NCBI GenBank assembly: GCA_017415455.1
Contig: JAFQGS010000118.1
Location: 9,739-73,738, forward strand
Origin: Prevotella sp.
GTDB lineage: Bacteria > Bacteroidota > Bacteroidia > Bacteroidales > Bacteroidaceae
Reading direction: 5' to 3'
Length of the DNA: 64,000 nucleotides
Shown in pieces: positions 53,891-63,219 of this stretch. The notes under the pieces are model-generated. The model did no database searches, was not told where the DNA came from, and was given only the letters and a program-made list of their open reading frames with translations. Positions within the stretch are counted from its first letter, which is position 1, and each line of letters starts with the position of its first letter. A program made the translations under genes and the position numbers.

Positions 53891-55252
53891 ATGAATGAGG
53901 ATTTTAAGAGCAAGAGCAATGAAATGTTTGCGGAGAATCATGAGACAAGCCGCGAAGGCTACAAAACTACAAACAGTTCTAACTATCATGAAGGCAACAG
54001 AACGATGCGCCCACGCATAAACGCACATCGCTCTTACGGAAACAACAGAGGTTATAACAACGATGAAGGCGGATTCCGTCCAGACGGATTCGGAGCTGGA
54101 TTGCAGTCTGACACACAGCAACGTTCTTACCGCCCAAGATATAACGACAACGGCTATCAGCCACGTAACAGCTATGGCCAGCAACGTAACAACTACGGAC
54201 AACAGCGACCAGGCGGATATCGTCCAAGATATAATAACGACGGTGACAATGGCTATCAGCCACGCCAGGGAGGTTACAACCAGCGTCCAAGCACTGGTTT
54301 CCGTCCAAGATACAACAACGATGGCGATGGCGGATATCAGCCTCGTCAGGGAGGTTTCCAGCCTCAGCAACGTGGCGGCTACAACCAGCGTCCAAGTTAC
54401 GGACAGCAGCGCAATAATGGATATGGCCAGCCAAGACAGGGAGGTTTCCGTCCTCGCACTGCGGGCTATGATCCAAATGCTAAATACAGCATGAAAAAGC
54501 GCATTGAGTATAAGGAGCAGAATATGGACCCTAATGCACCAGTACGTCTTAATAAGTTCCTTGCTAACGCAGGAATATGCAGCCGCCGAGAGGCTGACGA
54601 ATTCATACAGGCAGGTGTGGTAAGTGTCAACGGCACTGTCGTAACAGAACTTGGAACAAAGGTAACACGCATGGATGAGATAAAGTTCCATGACCAGCCT
54701 GTTACACTTGAGAAGAAAGTATATGTGCTTCTGAACAAGCCAAAAGACTACGTAACAACAAGCGATGATCCTCAGCAGCGCAAGACTGTCATGGACCTTG
54801 TAAAAGATGTATGCCCTGAGCGTATCTATCCAGTAGGACGCCTTGACAGAAACACAACAGGTGTACTGCTGCTGACAAACGACGGTGACATGGCAAGTAA
54901 GCTCACACACCCTAAGTTCCTTAAGAAAAAGGTTTACCATGTTTATCTTGACAAGAATGTTACCGCATACGACATGCAGCAAATAACTCAGGGTATTACT
55001 CTTGAGGATGGAGAAATACATGCAGATGCTGTTGAATACGCACACCCAACAGACAAGAGTCAGGTAGGTATCGAGATTCACAGCGGACGCAACCGCATTG
55101 TACGCCGTATATTTGAGAGTCTCGGATACAGAGTAACCAAGCTTGACCGTGTTCAGTTTGCCGGACTTACAAAGAAGAATCTGCGTCGTGGCGACTGGCG
55201 ATTCCTCACAGAGAAGGAGGTTGACATGTTAAGAATGGGAGCATTTGAATAA
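53891..55252 (+). CDS. rluB: pseudouridine synthase (RsuA/RluB family) with long N-terminal R/G/Y/Q/N-rich repeat extension
   Basis: S4 domain VRLNKFLANAGICSRREAD and catalytic GRLDRNTTGVLLLTNDG motif. The N-terminal ~200 aa are low complexity, with RPRYN(D/N)... modules. Confidence 0.87.
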   Translation: MNEDFKSKSNEMFAENHETSREGYKTTNSSNYHEGNRTMRPRINAHRSYGNNRGYNNDEGGFRPDGFGAGLQSDTQQRSYRPRYNDNGYQPRNSYGQQRNNYGQQRPGGYRPRYNNDGDNGYQPRQGGYNQRPSTGFRPRYNNDGDGGYQPRQGGFQPQQRGGYNQRPSYGQQRNNGYGQPRQGGFRPRTAGYDPNAKYSMKKRIEYKEQNMDPNAPVRLNKFLANAGICSRREADEFIQAGVVSVNGTVVTELGTKVTRMDEIKFHDQPVTLEKKVYVLLNKPKDYVTTSDDPQQRKTVMDLVKDVCPERIYPVGRLDRNTTGVLLLTNDGDMASKLTHPKFLKKKVYHVYLDKNVTAYDMQQITQGITLEDGEIHADAVEYAHPTDKSQVGIEIHSGRNRIVRRIFESLGYRVTKLDRVQFAGLTKKNLRRGDWRFLTEKEVDMLRMGAFE

Positions 55253-55331
55253 AAGGTTGAGGACATCTCATGATGTCAAACAGCCCAAAGATTAAAGAAA
55301 TACAAATAACTCAGAAAATTCTAAAGACAAA

Positions 55332-56777
55332 ATGGAAACTATTAAACGTACCAAGATAGCTGATGTACTGAAGCGAACAGACTTCGGTGCAATAGTAAAC
55401 GTTAAAGGATGGGTTAGAACAAGACGCGGCAGCAAGGCTGTGAACTTTATCGCACTGAATGACGGCTCTACAATAAAGAACATGCAGATTGTTGTTGACG
55501 TTGAGAAATTTGATGAGAATATAATAAAGGAGATTACAACAGGTGCATGTATAAGCGTGAACGGTGAGCTTGTTCAGAGCCAGGGAGCAGGACAGAGCGT
55601 TGAGTTGCAATGCCGCGAGATAGAGATTCTCGGTACCTGCGGAGCTGACTATCCATTGCAGAAGAAAGGACACACGATGGAGTTCTTGCGCGAGCATGCT
55701 AACTTACGTATGCGCACTAACACCTTCGGTGCAGTATTCCGCATCCGTCACAACATGGCAATGGCCATTCACCAGTATTTCCATGAGCATGGATTCGTTT
55801 ATCTTAACACTCCAATCATCACCGCAAGCGACTGCGAGGGAGCAGGTAATATGTTCCAGGTCACAACAAAGAACCTGTACGACCTGAAAAAGAATGAGGA
55901 AGGCAAGATAATCTACGATGATGATTTCTTCGGCCAGCAGACATCACTTACAGTGAGCGGTCAGCTTGAGGGCGAACTGGGTGCTACCGCACTTGGCGCC
56001 ATTTATACTTTCGGTCCTACCTTCCGCGCGGAGAACAGCAACACTCCACGCCACCTGGCTGAGTTCTGGATGGTAGAGCCTGAGGTTGCATTCCTTGACC
56101 AGGAGGAGCTGATGAATCTTGAAGAAGACTTCATCAAATATTGTGTTCGCTGGGCTCTTGACAATTGCAAAGACGACCTTGAGTTCCTCAACAAGATGAT
56201 AGACAAGACTCTTATCCAGCGTTTGGAAAGCGTGCTGAAAGACGCCTTCGTGCGCTTGCCATATACAAAGGGTATTGAGATTCTCCAAGAGGCAATCAAG
56301 AAGGGTAAGAAGTTTGAGTTCCCATGCAACTGGGGCGACGACCTCGCTTCCGAGCATGAGCGATATCTTGTGGAAGAGCATTTCAAGAAGCCAGTCATCA
56401 TGACCGACTATCCAACAGCCATCAAGGCGTTCTACATGAAGCAGAATGCCGCAGAGGGTGAAGGTTCTGTTGGCTATAAGGGTTGCGTTGCTCCTGGACC
56501 AACAATGCAGGGAACAGACGTTCTCTTCCCACAGATTGGTGAGATAATCGGAGGTTCTGTACGTGAGGAGAGTTATGACAAGCTGATGTCGGAGATTAAC
56601 CGTCGTCAGATGGAGACAGACAAGCTCTGGTGGTATCTCGAGACACGCAAATGGGGCTCTTGCCCTCATGCCGGTTTCGGATTAGGCTTTGAGCGTCTGA
56701 TACTCTTTGTAACAGGCATGCAGAACATACGCGATGTCATCCCATTCCCACGTACACCAAAGAACGCAGAGTTCTAA
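55332..56777 (+). CDS. asnS: asparagine--tRNA ligase
   Basis: N-terminal OB fold ([11 protein letters not shown]), class II motifs [17 protein letters not shown] and GFGLGFERL; 481 aa. Confidence 0.94.
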   Translation: METIKRTKIADVLKRTDFGAIVNVKGWVRTRRGSKAVNFIALNDGSTIKNMQIVVDVEKFDENIIKEITTGACISVNGELVQSQGAGQSVELQCREIEILGTCGADYPLQKKGHTMEFLREHANLRMRTNTFGAVFRIRHNMAMAIHQYFHEHGFVYLNTPIITASDCEGAGNMFQVTTKNLYDLKKNEEGKIIYDDDFFGQQTSLTVSGQLEGELGATALGAIYTFGPTFRAENSNTPRHLAEFWMVEPEVAFLDQEELMNLEEDFIKYCVRWALDNCKDDLEFLNKMIDKTLIQRLESVLKDAFVRLPYTKGIEILQEAIKKGKKFEFPCNWGDDLASEHERYLVEEHFKKPVIMTDYPTAIKAFYMKQNAAEGEGSVGYKGCVAPGPTMQGTDVLFPQIGEIIGGSVREESYDKLMSEINRRQMETDKLWWYLETRKWGSCPHAGFGLGFERLILFVTGMQNIRDVIPFPRTPKNAEF

Positions 56778-56808
56778 ACAAGTAACATTTATATAATAGA
56801 AAAATACC

Positions 56809-56846
56809 GGCGGTGCTTTATAAACATAAGGCACCGCTATTTTTTA
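56809..56846 (+). terminator. intrinsic terminator after asnS
   Basis: GCGGTGC ... GCACCGC stem, followed by TATTTTTT. Confidence 0.55.
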
Positions 56847-56859
56847 TATAAAATATTAT

Positions 56860-56867
56860 TATCTTTG
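56860..56867 (+). promoter_or_regulatory. -7 promoter box (TATCTTTG), plug-domain gene
   Basis: TAnnTTTG, 38 nt upstream of the ATG at 56905. Confidence 0.45.
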
Positions 56868-56904
56868 TAACCAGTTAAACACATTATATATAAAAGTAAT
56901 ACCT

Positions 56905-57591
56905 ATGAGAAGATTTTTCCTTACCTGCTTATTAATTACTCTCTTTCTTACCTGCATTGCTCAGGAAAGAAAGATACCCTTCAACGGAATACTTGTTGAC
57001 TTCAACGGCAAAGCGATAAAGAAAGCCCGTATATTCACCAACTCACCCAAACGATACGTCACCTGCACTAAATCCGGAGCATTTGGATTGATAAACGTTC
57101 AGAGTTCTGACACATTGAAGATTTCGGCAGGAGACAAGCTGTACAATATTGCCATCGGCAACAAGAAGAGCATAATTGTACGTCTCAACCCACAAACAGG
57201 CGAGATAGTAGCCATGGAAGACGAGGAACTTTACAGGAAAGGATTTGATCATCGCTGCCGCTGCGACAAAAGCACAGGCACTATCATATCAGGAGAGACT
57301 ATACGCCGTAGCGGCCGCAGCAACATCTTTGAGGCATTGCGAGGCCGCATACCAGGACTCAACATATCCAACGACGGCAATCCAGGCGGCGACAGCGAGG
57401 TGAATATCCGTGGAGCAAAAAGCATCTACTGCGACTCCACACCCCTTTATATCGTAGACGGCATAGAGACAGAGTCTATCAACGACATCTCTGTTTACGA
57501 CATCGACTATGTAGAGATACTGAAAGATGCCCATATCTATGGGGCACGAGGTGCCAACGGCGCAATCCTGGTATTCACCAAACAGCCTTAG
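56905..57591 (+). CDS. stand-alone carboxypeptidase-regulatory-like plus TonB-dependent-receptor plug-like protein (no beta-barrel)
   Basis: Signal peptide and CarbopepD_reg-like N-terminus. LRGRIPGLNIS..IRGAKSI..PLYIVDGIE..VEILKDAHIYGARGANGAILVFTK matches the N-terminal plug region of SusC-type receptors. The ORF stops at 228 aa. Confidence 0.62.
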   Translation: MRRFFLTCLLITLFLTCIAQERKIPFNGILVDFNGKAIKKARIFTNSPKRYVTCTKSGAFGLINVQSSDTLKISAGDKLYNIAIGNKKSIIVRLNPQTGEIVAMEDEELYRKGFDHRCRCDKSTGTIISGETIRRSGRSNIFEALRGRIPGLNISNDGNPGGDSEVNIRGAKSIYCDSTPLYIVDGIETESINDISVYDIDYVEILKDAHIYGARGANGAILVFTKQP

Positions 57592-57799
57592 CATCCATCA
57601 CTTCCCCTTTACACAAAATCGCTTGGATGTTCCGACAACACATCGTTAGCGTCAGGAAATACCAAAGACGTCACACAATGTGCTACAATACACAAAGAGA
57701 GTGTAAAATAAACTGCGGCATGCTACCCAACAATGAGCAATACCATGTTTGTTTTACACTCCCTTGCAAACTGCTGATTGCAGTTATACCATTCCGCCC

Positions 57800-58636
57800 T
57801 TATACCAGCGTCAGGCCCTCATCACCTATTGTTATAAAGCGTTTCTTGTACAAATCTCCTACCGCCTTCTTGAAAACCTTCTTGCTGACTCCGAACTCCT
57901 GATATATATCCTCAGCCGGACTCTTATCGCCTAAGGCACACCTTCCGCCATTATCCTTTATATAATTTAATAAGGTGTCGCTGAACTCCTCTGTCTGACG
58001 TCTGCCGGCAGGCTGCAACGACACGTCTATCTTTCCATCCGGTCTCACCTCCTGTATATATCCCCTCATACGGTCACCAGTACGTACCGCCTTGAATATC
58101 TGGTCCTTATATATCAATCCAGGGAACTTATTATCAACGATGACCTTGAATCCCAGCTCCGTCTTCTGCCATATCATCAGGTCCACCTCATCACCGCTGT
58201 TATACGTTGGTCTCTCCTGAGAGAAATACCTCTCCACGCGCGCTGATGCCATTATGCGATAGCTGTCGTCGTCCACGTGCACATGAACAACATAGCTCTT
58301 GCCAATCTCCATTGTCTTCTTCTGCTCACGGAACGGGCAGAACAGGTCCTTCATCAGTCCCCAGTTAAGGAAAGCGCCGTAACGGTTAATCCATGCCACC
58401 TCAAGACAAGCGAAGTCGCCGACCTTTGCCAATGGCCTCAATGTCGTTGCCACAAGCCTTTCCTCGTTGTCAAGATACAGAAAGACGTCCAGCTCATCAC
58501 CCGGCTTACAGCCATCCGGCACATATCGCGCGGGAAGCAATATCTCGCCCATCTCTCCTCCGTCAAGATAAACACCAAAGTCCACCTCCTTCACTACAGT
58601 CATCAGATTGTAATCACCCAGCCTTATCTTCTCCAT
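57800..58636 (-). CDS. S1-like RNA-binding protein (CvfB/YitL family)
   Basis: Repeated S1-like barrels plus a C-terminal winged-helix-like KKAVGDLYKKRFI. The 278-aa length is typical of CvfB. Confidence 0.82.
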   Translation of the reverse strand: MEKIRLGDYNLMTVVKEVDFGVYLDGGEMGEILLPARYVPDGCKPGDELDVFLYLDNEERLVATTLRPLAKVGDFACLEVAWINRYGAFLNWGLMKDLFCPFREQKKTMEIGKSYVVHVHVDDDSYRIMASARVERYFSQERPTYNSGDEVDLMIWQKTELGFKVIVDNKFPGLIYKDQIFKAVRTGDRMRGYIQEVRPDGKIDVSLQPAGRRQTEEFSDTLLNYIKDNGGRCALGDKSPAEDIYQEFGVSKKVFKKAVGDLYKKRFITIGDEGLTLV

Positions 58637-58637
58637 G

Positions 58638-59339
58638 TCAATCTACTATTTCCTCCGTATATATCACCTTATCATCACATTCAACAATCAGCCCGTCTCT
58701 CATCTGAATCCTCCGGTCGGTTATTGAAGCCAGTTCCTCGTCATGAGTAACGATGACAAAGGTCTGTCCGAACTCATCACGCAACTTAAAGAACAACTGA
58801 TGCAGTTCCTCCTTGTTCTTGCTGTCAAGACTTCCTGACGGCTCATCAGCCAATATCACGGCAGGATTGTTCACCAGCGCCCTTGCCACAGCCACGCGCT
58901 GCTTCTCTCCTCCCGACAGCTCATTAGGCTTGTGCCCTGCCCTGTCGGCAAGTCCCATGAACTCAAGCAATTCTACGGCTCTTTTCTTCGCATCCGCCAT
59001 AGACACACCGGCAATGAATGCCGGTATCATTATATTCTCAATAGCCGTAAACTCCGGCAGCAGCTGATGAAACTGAAAGACAAAGCCCACATGCTTGTTC
59101 CTGAAGGCTGCCAGCTTCTTACTGCTCAGCGCGCTCACGTCTGTCCCATCAATGACAATCTGCCCTGTGTCAGGCTTGTCAAGCGTTCCTATTATCTGCA
59201 AGAGAGTGGTCTTTCCGGCGCCGCTCGGCCCCACTATGCTCACCACTTCTCCTTTTCCCACATTCAAGTCGATGCCCTTCAACACCTGCAGGTCACCGAA
59301 ACTTTTTGTTATACCTTTTATATCAATCATCGTCAACAA
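58638..59339 (-). CDS. lolD: ABC transporter ATP-binding protein (LolD/MacB-type)
   Basis: Walker [10 protein letters not shown], signature LSGGEKQR, Walker [12 protein letters not shown]. The C-terminus is slightly extended. Confidence 0.82.
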   Translation of the reverse strand: MLTMIDIKGITKSFGDLQVLKGIDLNVGKGEVVSIVGPSGAGKTTLLQIIGTLDKPDTGQIVIDGTDVSALSSKKLAAFRNKHVGFVFQFHQLLPEFTAIENIMIPAFIAGVSMADAKKRAVELLEFMGLADRAGHKPNELSGGEKQRVAVARALVNNPAVILADEPSGSLDSKNKEELHQLFFKLRDEFGQTFVIVTHDEELASITDRRIQMRDGLIVECDDKVIYTEEIVD

Positions 59340-59364
59340 TTAATATTTCACTTCCTGTATGCCA

Positions 59365-61494
59365 CTACTTGTTTCGTGATAATTTCTCCTTAAACCACTT
59401 CGACAATATCGCATACGCACTGTCCACATTATGTTTCTGCGGTGCCGTGAACGTCATGCTCTCCATAGGCTGTCCGTTCTGGTCAGGGAACACAATGATA
59501 AGGTTTCTGTTTGCGAAGTACCTGCCTATCTCCTCCGGCAACCTCTCAAACGCCGTCTTATACGACACCGTTCCTGTTCGCGCGGTGATTACCACCAGCA
59601 GATGGTCTTCCTTTATCTCATCCGACAATGCGGTAATCTCCTTCCAATGCTGCATCAGTATGTAATCAGCACGCACACTCGGGTGCCTGTTTTGTATATA
59701 CTCCCTTATCAGCGACATCGACTCCGTGCGGCCATGAAACTGTATCCTGCATCCCATGTTCTCCGACATCACCGACAAGCGCTCTATCCACCTGTAGAAA
59801 CCAGGCTCAAACTCCACTCTCGACGGCACCGCCACCTGTATGCGTCGTATCGTGCTCAGTGGCTGCAGCAGCCTGCACACCATAATCTGCCTGTTCAGCT
59901 CCGTAAACAGATTTTCCGTAAAGACGCCCCAGAAGTTGTCATTCTCCGTCTTCTTCTCATGCATACCGATGATAATCTCCGATGCGTCATATTCCTTAAA
60001 GGCATGCATTATGCCGTTTGCTATGTTTGCTGCTATGCGGCTCTGCGTAAGCATCCTCACGTCGGCGGCACTTGCTGCCTTTGCCGCTGCCTCCAGAATG
60101 CGTTTCCCCTGTGCTTGGTTTCGCACCACGTCCTTGTCATCGAGCACCACGTTCAGACCAATTATTCCTCTGTTCAGCTTGCTGTTGCGCATCATTATAG
60201 CCAGAGGCACCAGATTGTCCACGCCCGTCTGCCGCTTTATTGGTATAAGAATCTTCTCGTCGTCGGCCGTATGCTCATCCTCGGCATACATGTTGTCGTC
60301 CAGCACTATCTGCTGCGAGGCATGCTCAGTGACGAAAGATGATATCACACACGTGAAGAGTATCATCATCACCACACCGTTCAGCATGTCCGAGTCCACA
60401 AGATACTGCCCGTTGCCTATATACAGCTTCATACCCACCATCACAATGGCGATACTTCCTGCGGCATGTGCCGATGTCAGTCCGAACATCATATTTCCAT
60501 GCGCCATCGGCATCTTCATGCCAAACGACGCTATATATGCGGCTATCATCTTTGCTATTGTTCCGAAGAACACCATGCAGAAGACGATATAAACCGTATG
60601 CCATCCGCCGAACAGCACGCGTATGTCTATCAGCATGCCCACGCCTATAAGGAAATAGGGAATGAAGAGGGCGTTGCCCGTAAACTCTATACGGCTCATC
60701 AATGGAGACACATGCGGTATGTAGCGGTTAAGCACCAATCCGGCGAAGAATGCCCCGAACACTCCCTCCAGACCCATCATCTCGGTGAGGGCCGCGCTGA
60801 GGAAGAGCACCGACAGCACAAAGACAAACTGCATCACGGCATCCGAGTAGTGCTGCAGGAACCATCGCGCCACGCGCGGAATGATAATACTCATACCGCA
60901 GCAATATCCTATAAGCTTTGCCGCCATGAGCAGCCAGAACCACACATCCGCCTCACTGCTCACCGAGCCTACCACACCCGAGAAGGCTATCAGCGCAAAG
61001 AGCAGTGATATCATCGACGAACCCACGCACAGCGTCACCACCGGGTGCTTCTGAAGTCCGTACTTGCATACTATGGGATAGGCAATGAGCGTGTTGGATG
61101 CCAGGATACACGACAGCAGCAGCGATGCCTGCATGGAGTAGTCCATGAGATAAATGCCGGCATAATACACCATCACGAATGGTATGGCGAAGGTCATCAG
61201 TCCGAAGAGCAGCATGCGCCGCGAGTTCTTCTTGATACCCTCCATGTCCATCTCCAGTCCGGCAAGGAACATTATATAGTAGAGTCCCACCTTGCCGAAC
61301 ATCTCAAACGAGGCGTCGCGCTCAAGGATATTAAGCCCGTACTGACCCACTATCACACCCGCAAGCACCATTCCCACGATATGAGGAATGCGCAGCTTGC
61401 TCATTATCACCGGTGCGGACAGGATGATAAAAAGCACAACAAGAAATATCCAAGTGGTATCCGTTATCGGGAAATATTGTGATATGTCAGGCAT
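59365..61494 (-). CDS. cation:proton antiporter (CPA family) with large cytoplasmic C-terminal domain
   Basis: About 400 aa of multi-TM Na+/H+-exchanger-like sequence (VGMVLAGVIVGQYGLN...), followed by about 300 aa of soluble regulatory-type domain. Confidence 0.85.
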   Translation of the reverse strand: MPDISQYFPITDTTWIFLVVLFIILSAPVIMSKLRIPHIVGMVLAGVIVGQYGLNILERDASFEMFGKVGLYYIMFLAGLEMDMEGIKKNSRRMLLFGLMTFAIPFVMVYYAGIYLMDYSMQASLLLSCILASNTLIAYPIVCKYGLQKHPVVTLCVGSSMISLLFALIAFSGVVGSVSSEADVWFWLLMAAKLIGYCCGMSIIIPRVARWFLQHYSDAVMQFVFVLSVLFLSAALTEMMGLEGVFGAFFAGLVLNRYIPHVSPLMSRIEFTGNALFIPYFLIGVGMLIDIRVLFGGWHTVYIVFCMVFFGTIAKMIAAYIASFGMKMPMAHGNMMFGLTSAHAAGSIAIVMVGMKLYIGNGQYLVDSDMLNGVVMMILFTCVISSFVTEHASQQIVLDDNMYAEDEHTADDEKILIPIKRQTGVDNLVPLAIMMRNSKLNRGIIGLNVVLDDKDVVRNQAQGKRILEAAAKAASAADVRMLTQSRIAANIANGIMHAFKEYDASEIIIGMHEKKTENDNFWGVFTENLFTELNRQIMVCRLLQPLSTIRRIQVAVPSRVEFEPGFYRWIERLSVMSENMGCRIQFHGRTESMSLIREYIQNRHPSVRADYILMQHWKEITALSDEIKEDHLLVVITARTGTVSYKTAFERLPEEIGRYFANRNLIIVFPDQNGQPMESMTFTAPQKHNVDSAYAILSKWFKEKLSRNK

Positions 61495-61631
61495 ATGGCG
61501 TTATGTCTTTTGCGTTATCATGGTATCATGATTTCATACAGATTGACAGCAACAAGTTGACTTATGCTATCAATTATCATGCAAAATTGCAAAAAAAATA
61601 TCAATTTTGCGATAAATAACATGAAAAGTTG

Positions 61632-61639
61632 TAATTTTG
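61632..61639 (+). promoter_or_regulatory. -7 promoter box (TAATTTTG), asd
   Basis: TAnnTTTG-CA, 38 nt upstream of the asd ATG. Confidence 0.5.
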
Positions 61640-61676
61640 CACCCCAAAATAATGTTTAATTATAAAAATAATAAGG

Positions 61677-62687
61677 ATGAAAGTAGCAATTGTTGGTGCC
61701 AGTGGCGCCGTTGGACAAGAGTTTCTTAGGGTTTTGGAGGAAAGAAATTTCCCTATGGACGAGTTGGTATTATTTGGTTCTGAGCGCTCTGCCGGAAAGA
61801 AATATACCTTTAAGGGAAAGGAATATGAGGTAAAACTGTTGCAGCACAACGACGACTTTAAAGACATCGACATTGCGTTCACATCTGCCGGTGCAGGCAT
61901 CTCAAAGGAATATTGCGAGGACATCACAAAATACGGAGCCGTGATGATTGACAACTCAAGTGCCTTCAGAATGGACGACGACGTGCCATTGGTGGTGCCT
62001 GAGTGCAACGCTGCCGACGCTCTCAACCGTCCACGCGGCATCATCGCCAATCCTAACTGCACCACCATCATGATGGTTGTGGCGCTACAGCCACTCGAGG
62101 AACTGAGCCACATCAAGAGAATACACGTGGCAAGCTACCAGAGTGCCAGCGGCGCGGGTGCTGCGGCAATGGCAGAACTGCAGCAGCAGTATTCTGAGAT
62201 TATCAACAACGAGCCTGTGACAGTGAAGAAATTCCCTCATCAGCTGGCATACAACGTGATACCACAGATTGACGTCTTCCAGCCTAACGGATACACCAAG
62301 GAGGAGATGAAGATGTTCAACGAGACAAAGAAAATCATGCACAGCGACGTGAAGTGCTCTGCAATGTGCGTGCGTGTGTCTTCGCTCCGTGCCCACTCTG
62401 AGTCGGTATGGATTGAGACAGAGCGCCCTATCAGCGTGGAGGAGGCACAGAAGGCTCTGGCGGCTGCGCCTGGCGTAACACTGAAGGACGACCCGGCAAA
62501 CCTCGTTTACCCTATGCCGCTGGAGACTGCAGGCAAGGACGATATCTACGTGGGACGTGTACGCAAGGACATTGCCGACGAGAACGGACTGACTTTCTGG
62601 CTCAGCGGCGACCAGATTCGCAAGGGTGCGGCGCTCAATGCCGTGCAGATAGCAGAATATCTGGTAAAGGTTGGCAACGTGAAATAA
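61677..62687 (+). CDS. asd: aspartate-semialdehyde dehydrogenase
   Basis: [16 protein letters not shown]-binding motif and IANPNCTTI active-site Cys motif; 336 aa. Confidence 0.95.
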   Translation: MKVAIVGASGAVGQEFLRVLEERNFPMDELVLFGSERSAGKKYTFKGKEYEVKLLQHNDDFKDIDIAFTSAGAGISKEYCEDITKYGAVMIDNSSAFRMDDDVPLVVPECNAADALNRPRGIIANPNCTTIMMVVALQPLEELSHIKRIHVASYQSASGAGAAAMAELQQQYSEIINNEPVTVKKFPHQLAYNVIPQIDVFQPNGYTKEEMKMFNETKKIMHSDVKCSAMCVRVSSLRAHSESVWIETERPISVEEAQKALAAAPGVTLKDDPANLVYPMPLETAGKDDIYVGRVRKDIADENGLTFWLSGDQIRKGAALNAVQIAEYLVKVGNVK

Positions 62688-62727
62688 CAGGCTTACGGCG
62701 CAGATGCGCCTGACAGCGACATAACAG

Positions 62728-62775
62728 GAGAGGAGGATGAACACCGCAAGCGGTTGTCATCCTCCTCTTGTTTTG
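62728..62775 (+). terminator. intrinsic terminator after asd
   Basis: GAGAGGAGGATGA ... TCATCCTCCTCT stem with an inner CACCGC/GCGGTT helix, followed by TGTTTT. Confidence 0.6.
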
Positions 62776-62854
62776 GTCTGCCCTGTCAGACGTCTCACGC
62801 ATGCAGAGCCACGGCTTACCGCCCATATCCTCATCATCCCACCTCCATGACGAC

Positions 62855-63120
62855 ACCATGGCATAGCCATCGCCGCATCATCGCATAAGGATGGCGGTAG
62901 GATGGCTATGTCATCATGCTATGATGGCTATGTAACCATGGTGCGATTACGTTGTAATCGTGGTGCGATAAAATAGCCATCGCACCGCCACCGCATATGC
63001 AATCGCACCATCAGCTCATATGCAACGGTGATGCGATGGCATAGGAATGACAGGGCGATGGCATAGGAATGACAGGGTGATGACATAGGAATGACGAGGT
63101 GATGACATAGGAGCGGATAA
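62855..63120. repeat. 22-bp-register minisatellite, about 12 units
   Basis: GTGCGAT at 62941/62963. GCGATGG/GTGATGA at 63033/63055/63077/63099, where two units are identical (GCGATGGCATAGGAATGACAGG). Lies between convergent asd and tonB. Confidence 0.88.
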
Positions 63121-63219
63121 AGAGATTAGCGGGAATTGCCGTGACATGAAAGTTTCACGAGCAACTCCCGCTAATGACATTACTTGCCGGCAGATGTGTT
63201 CCGCCATGCTCACATCCTG

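Noticed and set aside
53873-55081. 402-aa ORF on the minus strand.
   Set aside because: It is antisense to the pseudouridine synthase gene. It stays open only because of the repetitive CAG/CGT/GGA-rich sense codons. Its translation is hydrophobic low-complexity repeat sequence with no motifs.
59431-60592. Two long plus-strand ORFs of 303 and 250 aa.
   Set aside because: Both are antisense to the 709-aa cation:proton antiporter, whose TM pattern is coherent. Their translations are Arg/His/Leu-rich with no domains.
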